A DNA stretch of 63,945 bases, the filler included, from Collodictyon triciliatum (taxonomy: Eukaryota), in NCBI GenBank assembly GCA_043381765.1. It is 3 parts of 3 records of this genome, joined end to end, with 100 filler letters (N's around TTAATTAATTAA, not from the genome) between each part and the next. Parts side by side here need not be neighbours in the genome. Positions count along the whole stretch, not along the records: positions 21,680 to 43,243 come from JBHJMP010001186.1; positions 43,344 to 63,945 come from JBHJMP010001188.1; 1 more part is not named here. One strand, written 5' to 3'. A model generated the notes under the pieces. The model was given only the letters and a program-made list of their open reading frames with translations, was not told the DNA's origin and searched no databases. Each line of letters begins with the position of its first letter. Positions within the stretch are counted from its first letter, which is position 1. Positions 41,701-53,677 of this stretch are shown here, piece after piece. The translations under genes were made by a program, and so were the position numbers.

Positions 41701-42814
41701 GAATTGTATGCATTTCGGATTGTATGTTTGCAGGAAACATTTACACAAAATCAAGTTGAAAAAAAATCAGCATAGGCAAGTTGCATACATCCACGACGCT
41801 TTGTATTAAATACGTTTATTCATGTGCGTAGGCGACCAACGCCGAGCGCGTAGTTCAACTGGATGCTGCAGTCAGAGCCAAAGACAGTACAATCGGGGCA
41901 CTCAAGAAGCAGCTCAGTGATTTGTCAAAGGTACACCAATCCAACTTTGGGCTGGATGCATATATTTGCTATTATATTTTTATCATACATAGTGGGGCCG
42001 ACATATTTGTTTTTTTCTTGAGAGAAGTTGCACTACACAGGGGTCTATAGCGACCGAGATGAATGTCGAAAGAGAAGAAACTGTCGATATTCTTTAATTT
42101 TACCCAACCACACAGACAAGCTCTTCGTCACGGGACGAGCTTCGTACCTTGAGCGAGCAGATGCAGGTTTGCTTTACAAGATATATTTTGTGGTTATTGT
42201 CCTTTTGCTCGAAAATGTAAATATTATAGTGCCGCTTTCAATCGTACACGTGCTCAATCCAAAGTGCGGATAAGCCAACATCCTTAAGTAATTCGATGCC
42301 TTATGCCTTTACCTATTGTGTGCCTGCAGAAACTTCAGCGTGACCTACAAACAACTTCAGAGCGAGAGAGCCAAGAGAGGCGACTGAGACAAAAGGCAGA
42401 GTCTGAAGTTAAACTTTTGTCCATGAAGGTGGAAAAGGGTGGTTCGTCGTCTAGGTATCCTCAAAATCCCATAAAATCCCACAAAATCCCACAAAATCCC
42501 ACAAAATCCCACAAAATCCCACAAAATCCCACAAAATCCCACAAAATCCCACAAAATCCCACAAAATCCCACTAAATCCTAACGAACCCATCACCAAGAT
42601 TCTCTCATTTGGCACCCGATGCAATATTCAAATCAAGTAGTCGCCTCTCAAGCCTCTCTGCAACCCGATCACAACGAGACTCTGACCAGGTTAAATTTTA
42701 CATGGCGATACTGTCCATGTTCTTTCATTTCCCCTATTTTTTCTTTCTCTTTTCCTTCTTGGTGTTCTCAACTGTGATGATTTAAAGCAGCAGCCAGATA
42801 CGAGGGAGGCCTAG
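30221..42814 (+). CDS. Very large multi-exon protein: Ser-rich N-terminus, long helical (ARM/BEACH-N-like) region, C-terminal coiled coil; function unknown, may be two genes
   Basis: First exon MDSNRKGGLLKFFSSG..., then many short GT-AG exons such as EKIGYDTLASLLL...TLFEI. Heptad-rich exons from 37833 to 42454; last exon QQPDTREA* at 42814. Spans a gap and the full exon chain was not verified. Confidence 0.55.
37520..37591. repeat. (CTATCA)n intronic array running into a gap
   Basis: Direct. Confidence 0.9.
42463..42572. repeat. (AAAATCCCAC)n 10-bp tandem repeat, ~11 copies, inside intron 42455-42598
   Basis: Direct. Confidence 0.95.
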
Positions 42815-42974
42815 ATAAGGCTAACCAGCAAGTGGCACCAGTTTTCCCAGATTTTCTCGGTAGAGAAATAAACAAAACAACACATGGTCAACGCTGAAAA
42901 GGCAGACGCGAATTAGTGAGCATGTTGTATCATTATAGGTTGCTGGGTGAATACCAAGATGCTCAAATCCACAA

Positions 42975-43190
42975 ATGTGGGGACTACAGGAATTTTTGGA
43001 ACTGGCCTCACACGAAACAAATCATCCATGCGAACGAGAAACGAAGCCACAGCGGTTAAGTGTTGATAAGGTTTATTGTTTTGAAACGACGGGAAGGTGG
43101 GGTGTGTCACAGAATGAAATATCGGAGGAAAGCGGAATGACGAAAACTAGAGCCTTTATTTTTTTTTTTTTTTTTTTTGTGTGTGAGTGA

Positions 43191-43227
<37 letters not shown>

Positions 43228-43436
43228 GGGGTGGGGGGGGGGGNNNNNNNNNNNNNNNNNNNNNNNNNNNNNNNNNNNNNNNNNNNNTTAATTAATTAAN
43301 NNNNNNNNNNNNNNNNNNNNNNNNNNNNNNNNNNNNNNNNNNNCTCGAGTTATTGGTGCCAAGTTAATGGGATCGGTTGCACAACTTATTGACAAACAGG
43401 TTCTGACCTCTAAAAGAAGAATATATGTAAAAAAAG

Positions 43437-43474
<38 letters not shown>

Positions 43475-46400
43475 AAAAAAAAAAAAAAAAAAAATACCCC
43501 CCCTTTTTTTTTTTTTTTAACCAAATGGCATCAGGCTGTTGATATCCTCCCAGTAATACTCAACGTTCTGCAAGGGCGAGCGTCTACCGACGTATCAAAT
43601 GCGTGGACATCTACACTTGTACTTATGTTGGGTGTTCTTCCCATGGATATTTTGCAAGGAAAGGTTCGTCTTGTTCAAGATTTGTCACAAAAAGCTCGTG
43701 AACTTTAGATTTTATCATATATGCGCAACCCTCCCTTTTTCTCTCTCCTATCTTGTTTTTTTCTTTTTGGGAGAATAAATATACTTCTCGTTATAAACTG
43801 TAGTGATTCATTGACATGTTTTGTAGATGGTCGAGTTTGTAATTCAGAGGTCAGACCTCAGTAGCGTAACCCTTTCTCGAGTTATTGGTGCCAGGTTAAT
43901 GGGATCGGTTGCACAACTTATTGACAAACAGGTTCTGAGCTCTAAAAGAAGAATATATGTAATAAAAAAAAGGAAGGAAGGAGACACGGCAAATTTAATA
44001 ACATTTACAAACCAACCTTCGAACTCCCCTCTCATTCATAACTCTAATATAGATTGTCGAATCATCGTTCTACAAGCGCTCCATGATGTTGTGTCAGGAT
44101 ACAGATTATGAAGTACGGTCTGCTGTGTGTCAACAATTGGAATATATCACAAAAGCGATAGGGTACTATAAATGATGAAGCTAATTGCAAACCTATCCTT
44201 CACTTATTTCTATCTAACATCCGTTTATATATACAAATAATCATTTTGAAACGACTTTATAAATTGCAGTTATCTATATCGCCATTATCTAACTCACGTA
44301 CTCAAATAGCAATGAACAAGTTCAGAAGGAATTAATAAATGAGCTCCAGGAGTTATTAAAGGACGAAGAAATTTCCGTGAAAAATGCAGCATTTCAAACA
44401 TTTATTAACCTCTCCGATTTTTTTGACCCATCAATCAGAAAAGAGATAGTTATTCCGTTTCTTAAAAGTATATGTCTGAACCCACCACAAGACATGCTAT
44501 CGATAATCAGCAAGCTATTTGGGGAAATGATTGTGCGAATATCTCGTTTGTTTTCCTTTTCCTTAAAAAAAATATTCTTGAAGGGATTTGTTTATGAGAA
44601 CATCGTTTATTCTTCTCCTATCTTTTCTCCTTTCTTTATACTGTTACTTAATTGAATACAACAAAAGCGGACTTTGGAGATGAGGAAGAAGCGATGATAT
44701 TCTTTACCTTTTACAAAGCTCTAGCTAAAAGATCTGATTACGAAAGCCGAAAAAATGCGGCGTTCAATTTCCCGGTAAAAAAATAATGATACCTTTTTCA
44801 TATGATACAGTTTATGTTCCAAATTTCACTTGTTAAAAAGGTCATGGCTTCACAATTTCATTCACGCTAAGTGATATTTTGAATACAGGCTGTTTTGAAA
44901 TGTATTGGGGCCCGCCGCTATGCTTTAAATCTTCATGACACTTTTTGCCAACTGGTCAGAGATGAGTACATCGATGTGCGTAAAACGATAGCCCATGGGT
45001 TCCATGAGGTATCTAAAACGTAAATAAAATGGACAAATATGAAATTCCTATAAATTTCAATACCATTTCCTTGGCGGTACCACTTGACGAGATACGAAAC
45101 ATATTAAGCAAATATTTGAAAACTTGAACACTTTTTACAAATTCAAAATACCTCTAATACCGATGCTACATTCCTTTCATAATTAGATAGTGAGTATCCT
45201 CGGGAAGGAAAGATCGGGGAAGTACCTCAAGGATTCATTCATATATCTGCTCCAAGATGATAATATTGATGTTAAATTAGCTCTGGTCGATCACTTTGAC
45301 CAAATATTTTCTATGTTTTACGTCCCCAATGAGGAAATCAAGGTAAGAAACATTAGTGCATATATGCAAACACGCATGATTTGATGTCTGGTTTAATTCG
45401 AATCTCGAAGCACACCTCAATACTACATGTAACTTTATTCATTTCCAAGACTAAGTGAATCTGTGGATGATTCGATTTTACATTTAGAACGCAAGTCTCG
45501 CAGATATGCTCCAGATAGTATTAGAATACGTAAATTCTGTATCAAAGAATTGGAGAGCAACAAAAAAATTGTTATTCCAATTTACAAATATGACAGAGTA
45601 TTATTCAGGCGATGTGATATTCGAAAATTTTGTTCCTATGGGATTCAAGATATTGGATGAGGTTCGTCGATTTTCTTTCTTTCTCAAATGCTGTCATTTT
45701 TTTCTAATTGACTATGTCTTTCTATATCCCACTACATTATTGCATGATCTTTGTATTTTTAGAGTCATATGCTTGTCTTGTTGCAGTGTTTTCTTTATGA
45801 TTTTTTATTTACTTATTTACTAAAAGCACAAATACAAATATTTGATTTAAATCTTAGGGAAGCGGGCCTGTAAAAGAACCAGCAGCCCGACTATTATGTC
45901 ATTTTGCTAGAAAAAACAAAAAGAGCTACCAACGATCAAGTATATGCACCCAGTTTGTTCAAAAGTATGGCCGCCGGAAAGCCTTTCACAGTAGATTGGT
46001 GTACATGGACTTTTGTCTCGCAGCTATTGAAATGTTTAGTCGGAGGTTTTTCCGAGACGTGTTTTATGATTGCGTTGTGGAATTAGGAAAAGTGTGTAAT
46101 TTTAATATCTTTTTTCTATACGTTTCTACCATTTATTATTTTCGATCTAAAAATACTGAGATATATTATAATATGGTTTACAAAATACGTTATCTTGATA
46201 GATGAGGCTCGTTTTGTAGTAACTCAAAATCTCCTGTTTTTATATATTCTTCTTCCCTCTCTTTTGTTCCTCTTTGGGAATTATGTTGAAAACAATGCGT
46301 CAGGACCCTGTCTCAAATGTCAGACTTAAATTCTGCGCACTTTTGCCATACCTCCGGGGCTTACTTCGTGGCTCGACGGATGACCTGTATATTCGACGCC

Positions 46401-48502
46401 TAGATGATCTTTTGGAAGTATGTTTTTCAATCGGTTTCCATGTAAAATATGCAACAAAAACTCTTAAAATAAGTCGAATTAATTTACAATATAAACAATA
46501 ACAATTAAAGATAAATGTAAGAGAAGTATGATTTTGTGGTGTCCGGGCAATTTATCCGTTTTTTTTTTCCCCCACCATATAGGCCTTAAAACTAGATAAA
46601 GATAGGGATGTTCGGGAGGCTGCAGTAAAGGCACATGAAAAGGTACTGCTGTAATTGCGGAACGAATTATCTGAATTAGGACGATAAACTATAAATAACC
46701 AAAAGAACTACCTCTGTATGTTAAGTTTTTTTTTCCTGTTCATTCGATTGAAGGGAAGGATGAATCCATATAAAGTTGAGTATACGATGTAATAAGTTGT
46801 GTGATTGGGAAATTTCAATACAGATGCCGGATATTGTCAGAGAGGCTCAAACCCCAAATGCAGACAGTTTGGACAAAAAGAAAGAGGAGGAGGAGAAGCT
46901 GATTGGTGGGATGGTTTGTGCGATTATAGATTGAAATCTAAATGAAACAAAGCAAAAAAATAAAAATGAAAAAAATGAAAAAAAAGAACAGAAGAGAACA
47001 GAAAATAAAAAAGAAGCTTTAACAAATTCATGCAATGTCTAACCTTTCGAATGAAACATATGGTGACTTTGATTTATTTGACAGGAGCCCGACTTTGATG
47101 ACCCACGACGCAGGGACATGGAGTTGGAGAAAAATCGGAGTGAATTCCGAAGAAAGTTTGTAGAGAACGACAATCAAAACCAGCAAGGGAAGACAAAGGT
47201 CGGAGGTCTATCCTCATCAACACCTCGACCACCTCCGAAACTGGGACCGGTGCCACCAGGTCGCACCTCCAACCTGTCCGGGACAGGTCTGTGTAATATG
47301 GAACAAAAATGAATAATAACCGTGAAACCATTTTTACTGCATGCAGCCTATCATGAATCAAACGCTATTTTGAATTTATATGTTTGGATAGCATCATGGC
47401 TATTTGAATATCAATATTCTCTTCGTTTCATATTTTATGTTTATCCCACAAATAAGAGCAACCAACTATGAACAAAAGTGATTGTATGCAAAGTTTTATC
47501 TTCTGATGAAGCCATCCTTTCAGACCAACAGGCAGAGCCGAGACTGCCACCGACCGGCCTTAAACTCCCAACAGCAAATAGCATGAAGAAAGCCCCATTA
47601 TCTGCCCAAGGACAGCGAACAAGCAACGCAGTAGCATCGCTGTCTAATGCGCCCATATCCAACTCACCTTCGCTGTCGTCTTTGTCGTCGAATTCCTCGG
47701 TCACCTCATACTCTGGATACTCCAGCCAGGTAAAGGAAAAACGCCCCCACCAGTACGTTACATATGTCATTACCCGCCATGTGACGCTTCGCAAGAATAA
47801 AAGTGTCCGATGCACCCCTTCAACCACCCACCCCAGAGCGGACTGAACGGACTTCCAGGCAAGCTTCTGAAGCCAATCAACAAGGAATCCGGTAAGCAAG
47901 CGAGGCACACACATCAACATACGACACAAACCCACCGACTACCACCCTCTGAGCCCCACCCACCCACCGAACACAACCTGCCCTCCATGACTCATCGCAC
48001 CCAAGCAGCCACAGCCACAGCCACAGCCACAGCCACAGGAGCGCCGTCCGCACCATCGTCGTTCTCCATCCCCCTCGGCAGGCTCCCGCCCCGCGAGATG
48101 GACTTTGCCACGCCAAAAGGTATCCCCGCCCTCCTTCCGCCCGCCGACACGCGCCACCGCCCGACTGACCCTAACTGACCAGCCCCACCCCGCCACACAG
48201 TGAAGCCGCCGGCCAGCAGGGCAGAGCCCGCCCCGAAGCCGTCGCCCGCATACGCGGGGACCCTGCCGTCCGTGCCCAGCGCCTCCACGCGGCCGTCGCC
48301 CCGCCCGACGCCGCCCTCCCAGGGACGCCGCCCCTCCTCAGACGGCCCTCGCCCCGATGCCCAGTACATGCCCAGGCCCCGCATGGACCGCACGCCAGGC
48401 GCAGCCCCCGCAGCCTCCTCGACTCCCGCCATCGGCCCGGTGGGCGTCGCTGCGTACGAAGGCCCGTCCAGCCTCTCTGGGGGGCGGAGTCGTCGCTTCT
48501 GA
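42975..48502 (+). CDS. PPP4R4: Protein phosphatase 4 regulatory subunit 4-like HEAT-repeat protein with a Pro/Ser-rich tail
   Basis: LCQDTDYEVRSAVCQQL, ELLKDEEISVKNAAF, RKNAAFNFP|AV, DVRKTIAHGFHE|IV, NWRATKKLL, FSRRFFRDVFY, DPVSNVRLKFC, DKDRDVREA. Start exon at 42975 is separated from the rest by a join, and the 3' end is approximate. Confidence 0.82.
43244..43343. other. Artificial contig-join spacer N44-TTAATTAATTAA-N44
   Basis: Same as 21580-21679. Confidence 0.95.
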
Positions 48503-49673
48503 GCGTGCGCCCCTTGCTCTCGCCCTTGCCCTTGCCTGTTGTGTCTCTGCGCAGCTTGTCTAATTTATTCCAGGCTGTGGCTGGGTGGCTGGGATTCCTG
48601 CGCGGCGGCCCACTGCTGCCGGCTGCGTCCCTTCCAATCCCAGTTCTCAGCCTTTGCTCGCCTCTCCCTTCCTCTCTTGCCTTCCCCATGGTCTATTCTG
48701 TTGTTAGTGCTGTATTTCTCTGGTGAAAAGGTAATAACGAAAGAAGCGCACTTGCCCTTTCCTTATTGTTAGCCCACTCCCAACCCCTTCATCGCCACCC
48801 TGATTAAAACGCTTTTCAGTCGTGGAAGTTGTCATCGGGGTATTGCTGGGACTATTTTACTGCTGGCTTCGAAACGCCCGTCTGGCGGCATAGGAAGTGG
48901 GGTTGGCTCAGTGTGGTGCTGTGATTCAGTGGTTTATGTCAGTGCGTCGAAGCAACCAAAACAAACAGACAAACAAATCAAGTCAGTCAAATCAGAGGTG
49001 ATGGAGAAAGTCCGAGGGCGTTAGGGGAAGCATGTGGCATGTGCGGGTGTTTGTGTGGGTTGAATTGGGTAGGAATCGAAGGTGAAACAGAGTGAGGGAC
49101 GGCAGGGCGAGACAGTGCGAGATGGGGAGCGAGCTCATTAGTACCAGCGAAGCACACAGAAGCCACACACACAGGCAGGCAGAGTAAGGAATTTCCTCTG
49201 AAATCAACAGGAGGGCAACAAGAAAATGAAAATGAAGAGAATGGGAGGAAAGAGTAGGCAGAGTCATAATTGCCTTGTGGTGACAAGACAAAACAACGAG
49301 CAGAGAGCGGCAGAAAGGAAAAGAAACGAAAAGAGAAGAGAAAGATTGTGAATTGGCAGCAAGCATGCCACAAAGCGTCGCGAGGGGAGAGACCCTGAGA
49401 ATGCCATGAATCAAATCGGATACTCTCACATTCGACTAGCTCTGTTGCAGAAAAAAAAAGAGATAAAGAAATAGGAATATCTCTCCATTTCAGCTTTGAA
49501 AGAAGATAACGATATCAAAAATAAAAAAAATTCTGCTTAAATGCTCCATTCGAAAAGGAAAAGAAGAAAAGAAACTCAGAGAAGAAAAGCGAGAGACATT
49601 GCGCAGGACTAACGCTAGTCTCTCTGGCCACTTGTCTTTGAGACGTGTCACCCGGGCCGATTCAATATCGGGT

Positions 49674-52641
49674 TTACATAGGCATCCCGAATAAGTCAGA
49701 CGAGCGAGGAGGGGTAGCAGACGAAGAGGCACCAGCGGCGAAGGAGGGTAAGGGTGAGCTCTGGATGGATGCTCGGGACGAAAATGACAGGCGGATGGCT
49801 CGGCCGGATATCTCAAGGCCGTTCAAGTTAATCATAACATTCACTGATGACGCGATATCTGCTATTTGCACAAATGCCTGTCGTTTCTTTTCGTGGTCAA
49901 AGATTTTGATGTCTTGGACAACCCCGTGCACTGAGATGATGCGATGGAGATCTTCTGGCTTCACAACCTTCATCGTCCGTGGATGGAACATTTGACTCGA
50001 AAATTTTTTTTTAAAGAATTATATATAAAAAAAAAATGCGGAGAGGCGGAAGAGTGCAATATAACGGACTTGCTCATCAAAATACGAAATTATTCATCAA
50101 TAAGGTATCAAATGAGTAGATTACCAAGTCTAAATTCGAAATATGCAGAATATGAGACGGATGGCAAAGTCGTTTGGCATTTCGTTGTGCAGCCTGGGGA
50201 TTGGAGAAACGATTCAAGGGACTAGTTGTGTAATCTTTAGCATGGTCACCACTTTCTCCAACAGAAACTTGAATACTCGGGAACTTGGTCAGACTTAATT
50301 CCAGAGGTCTGTTATGAATTGGCACACCCTAACGCATTAAAAACTGGGTCATGACACTGTTAAATTCAATGGAGACACAGTGGACGTTGGCTTTGAGTAT
50401 TCCTCTAGCTAGGTCTAAATCAAAATGAATGTATAAAGTAGATATGCCGGGCAAACCTTCAGGTAAGTCATGATATTGTTGGCTTGCGCGCTATCATTCA
50501 TCTGCACAAGGGCATGGTCAGGTTTTCTATGGAAAATGGCGAGGGAAATGAGTGAATAATACGAGACAAAATCGTTCACACAATTCCAGTCTTCAAGTGA
50601 CTGCTACCGAGCCTAATTAAAAGATACCTGTAGGTGAGCTTAACCTTGAGTACATTGCCATAATTTGAAAACAAATTGAAAATGTGGTCACAGGAAATCT
50701 AAAAATATTATTTTATGGAAGTGAATGTTAGTCCGTTTGGATAGCCAATAAATAGTCAGATTCAATGTCATGATGAAACGCTCACTTCGGGACTCAGATT
50801 TCCAACATCTATTACACATCGCCCACTGCCATTACTATATAGTTGAAAGTGAGCTTTTGTCATTTGCTTAATTTATACATCAACTAAATCGTTATGAGAT
50901 GTTGATTCATCCACCTGTATGGGAATGTTTGGTTATAGAATGGAGATGGATTGTAGAAGTTTCCTGGTTGGGCAGGCTAGCAGGTAAATTGCTTTAGTGA
51001 TGAACCGCAAGAGCCGAAGTAGATGGATTATGACGCTCATAAAAAAAGAACAAAAGTGATGCGAACCATTCGTGTTGGATTGAAACTGTGATTTCGCTCA
51101 CGGTCTTGGGATTCACCGCTTGGAAGGTAGGGATTCGTAAAGTCACTGTTATTTGATGAGTGGTCAATACACATGGAAAGTAAGGCATACATATATTGAC
51201 ATGTAATGTATGATTCATTTCACATGTCAATAATATTCAAAGGAGATATTTTTCAAAGTCATACCGCGAGCGGTCATTGTTGAATCTCACAGATAACTCT
51301 TGTAAATTGGAGAAGTGGATTTGAAGGAGGCAGCAATTTGGGTAAATGTTCTACAATAATCAAGTTCATTCAAGAAAATGGTACATGCATCATTCAATCG
51401 TTAATTGGAACATTCATCACAAAATTGACTGAAGAATGTACCAATCCATTTAAAGTGCGCTGAGCTTGAACTGCATTCTCCACATCTTGGTACTGAAGGA
51501 GGACATTAAGGTCTAGGAACAAATATAATGAGGTTGTCTGTGGGACAAAATTGTTTCTTACAGTACAAAATCACATCAGGGACTTGCCGCTATTCTTTTG
51601 GAAGATGATCAGTTTCATGATTGCGCCGAAGGGAGAGAAGACCTATAAAATGGTAGGTGTGAGTATTATATTTTTGGACTGGTATAGTTCATAGAAAATA
51701 GAAAAAAATATGTTGCTTAAAGTCGGATACCTGATTTAAAACGTCAACGTTGATTGTGTACATTGGGTTGGATATTGTGACTAGGATGATTGAGTTTGGA
51801 ACAACAACATCCTATGCAGAGTTTTGTATAAAAACAGAAAGTTCACCATCAATCGAATAAGATACTGATAATACACTGCAAAACTTTTTCCAAGTTTCGG
51901 ATGCATTGTTTTGTGACCTACTTGATCGTGGCGAGAGCGACCAGGACGATCTTCTCCTGCAAGATCTTGATAAGACGAAAACTGGGCGATGGCTGTCTGA
52001 TTTCTGTGTAATTGAAAGAGCTTCATGGAATGGTGGGAAAGCATGTTCTTTTGATCGATTTCTCAATATGTCAGGAAGTATATATGTATAACATATCCAC
52101 GCACCTGATCACTATTGGTTGTGTGAGGCTGCGTTGAACAAAAGTGACTGCAGATTGTAGATCACCGAATTGAACAAGAGCCTTTTGTTTTGAGTGAGTA
52201 TTGTGAAATAATCGACATAGAAAGATAAGTGAATGAAAGGTTTATGCAAGGAAACTAGCAGTTGACGTGGTATCAGTAGATTTTTTTAAAAATATTCTTT
52301 ATATATGTATTATGGCCTAATTCGACAAAATAAAAAAGGGGTATTTTATGGTTAATTGTATCATTTAGAAGGCCGCCACAGGCGTGGGCAACTAAGAGTA
52401 GATGTCCAAAACCTGATTCTTTGAACGGGTCAGAACCACACGAGTGACTGTACCAAAGGCTGAGCAGAGGGTCTGGATATCTTGCTGTGCATGGAGCATT
52501 GGTGAGGCAGCGTGAGTTCTCTGAGCAGATCACATAGACAAACAGGGACGAAGTTGAGAGGGGGTGGCCAACCTTATTTGCCTCTGGATCGACGTGGCGG
52601 ATGTGGACAACTTTGGAGGGCGCGAGTTCCTGGCCGGACAT
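49674..52641 (-). CDS. Polypyrimidine-tract-binding protein / hnRNP L family, four RRMs
   Basis: MSGQELAPSKVVHIR; SKNQ|ALVQF; ILVTISNPMYTINVDVLNQ|VFSPFG; LNGL|NIYPNCCLLQIHFS; NNDRSR|DFTNPYLPSG; FNLFSNYGNVLKVK; KDYTTSPLNRF; PSHILHISN; IRLSFS. Confidence 0.92.
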
Positions 52642-53373
52642 GGTATTTGCTGCTGTGTGCGTTGTGTCAGGGAGTCTGGTTGAGAAGGGCGCTGTTAGGG
52701 GCTGAGTTGGCTCAGTTTTTTTTTTTTTTGCCAGGATAAAGAAAATAAAAAAAAAAGGAAAAAGAGGAAAAAGAGGAATAGAAAAAAGAGAGGAAAAAGG
52801 GAACACAAGTAGAGCCGAGTGGCTCGAACAGGGGCCATGGTACAGAGACGCCAGCATCCAACCGCCGCACAGGCGATTCGGGGGATCCTTTATTCTCGTG
52901 GGTGTGCCGCGGATTCCGTCTGCTCCTGCGCCAATCCCCCCAAGGCCACAACGCAGGCCATTTCTCTGGCGCAGTGCTTTTGAATGTTCAAATGTCGAGG
53001 GAAGGCAATAATGGAAACATGGTCGGTTGGGTGCTGGATTATTTTGTTATGTTTTGCTGGCTGAACCCTGGCTTTCTAAAACATCCTTATATAGACAGAA
53101 TTCATGAATATTCATTTAATATTGTCCTATTCGAAAGTTTTCAGGAATCTAGATTCCTCAAAATTAACGCAACAACGTCCATCACAAATGCGCCTGCACT
53201 TGTAAAATTATCGAATAATGGGAGCGATATTCATTATGGCTGGGTCTCTGGAGCGTCTTTATCCTTAATGAATCACACAAATTATCCACAAATAGACAAA
53301 ACACAGAACAAAGGTAAAACGAAAAAGTTGTGTGTTTACATTGTGTTGGCTTTTCCTTACCCGACAAGGAAGC

Positions 53374-53457
53374 GCCGAGATGGCCGAGTGGTTAAGGCGG
53401 CGGACTTAAGATCCCCTGGTGTCTATCACCGCGTGGGTTCGAACCCCACTTTCGGCA
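53374..53457 (+). tRNA. tRNA-Leu (anticodon TAA), long variable arm
   Basis: Acceptor GCCGAGA/TTTCGGC; D arm GCCGAGTGGTTAAGGC; loop CT-TAA-GA; T arm GTGGG-TTCGAAC-CCCAC. Confidence 0.93.
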
Positions 53458-53677
53458 GGCTTACATTTTTATCTCTCGAATGCAAAAATTTGACGAAACA
53501 AGACACATATCTTATTCCACATTAGATTTTGTAACCGGTTTCCTTCGCCTTTAAAAAAACTCGAGATCCATCTAGAACCCATGCCCGATTATAACCAGAG
53601 CCAAAACCGCAGCAGCATCGCCGCGACAAGGAGCCGTGACAGAGAACCTTCGACAGAATAGAAACAACCGCGACGAG

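Noticed and set aside
42463-42572. Regular repeats as CRISPR or telomeric arrays (also 58517-58622)
   Set aside because: Head-to-tail simple repeats without spacers, intronic or intergenic, in a eukaryote.
43344-43430. 87-bp near-identical copy of 43876-43962 (apparent PPP4R4 exon duplication)
   Set aside because: It sits at a contig edge next to poly-A/poly-T and differs by two bases; most likely a misassembly or allelic read end.
50621-51730. PTB donors GTATCTTT and GTATCCGA as U12 introns
   Set aside because: No TCCTTAAC-like branch site near the acceptors; treated as U2.
52902-53525. 207-aa ORF spanning tRNA-Leu, and the 154-aa ORF at 60071-60535
   Set aside because: No recognisable motifs; they overlap a tRNA/promoter region and the structured element respectively.
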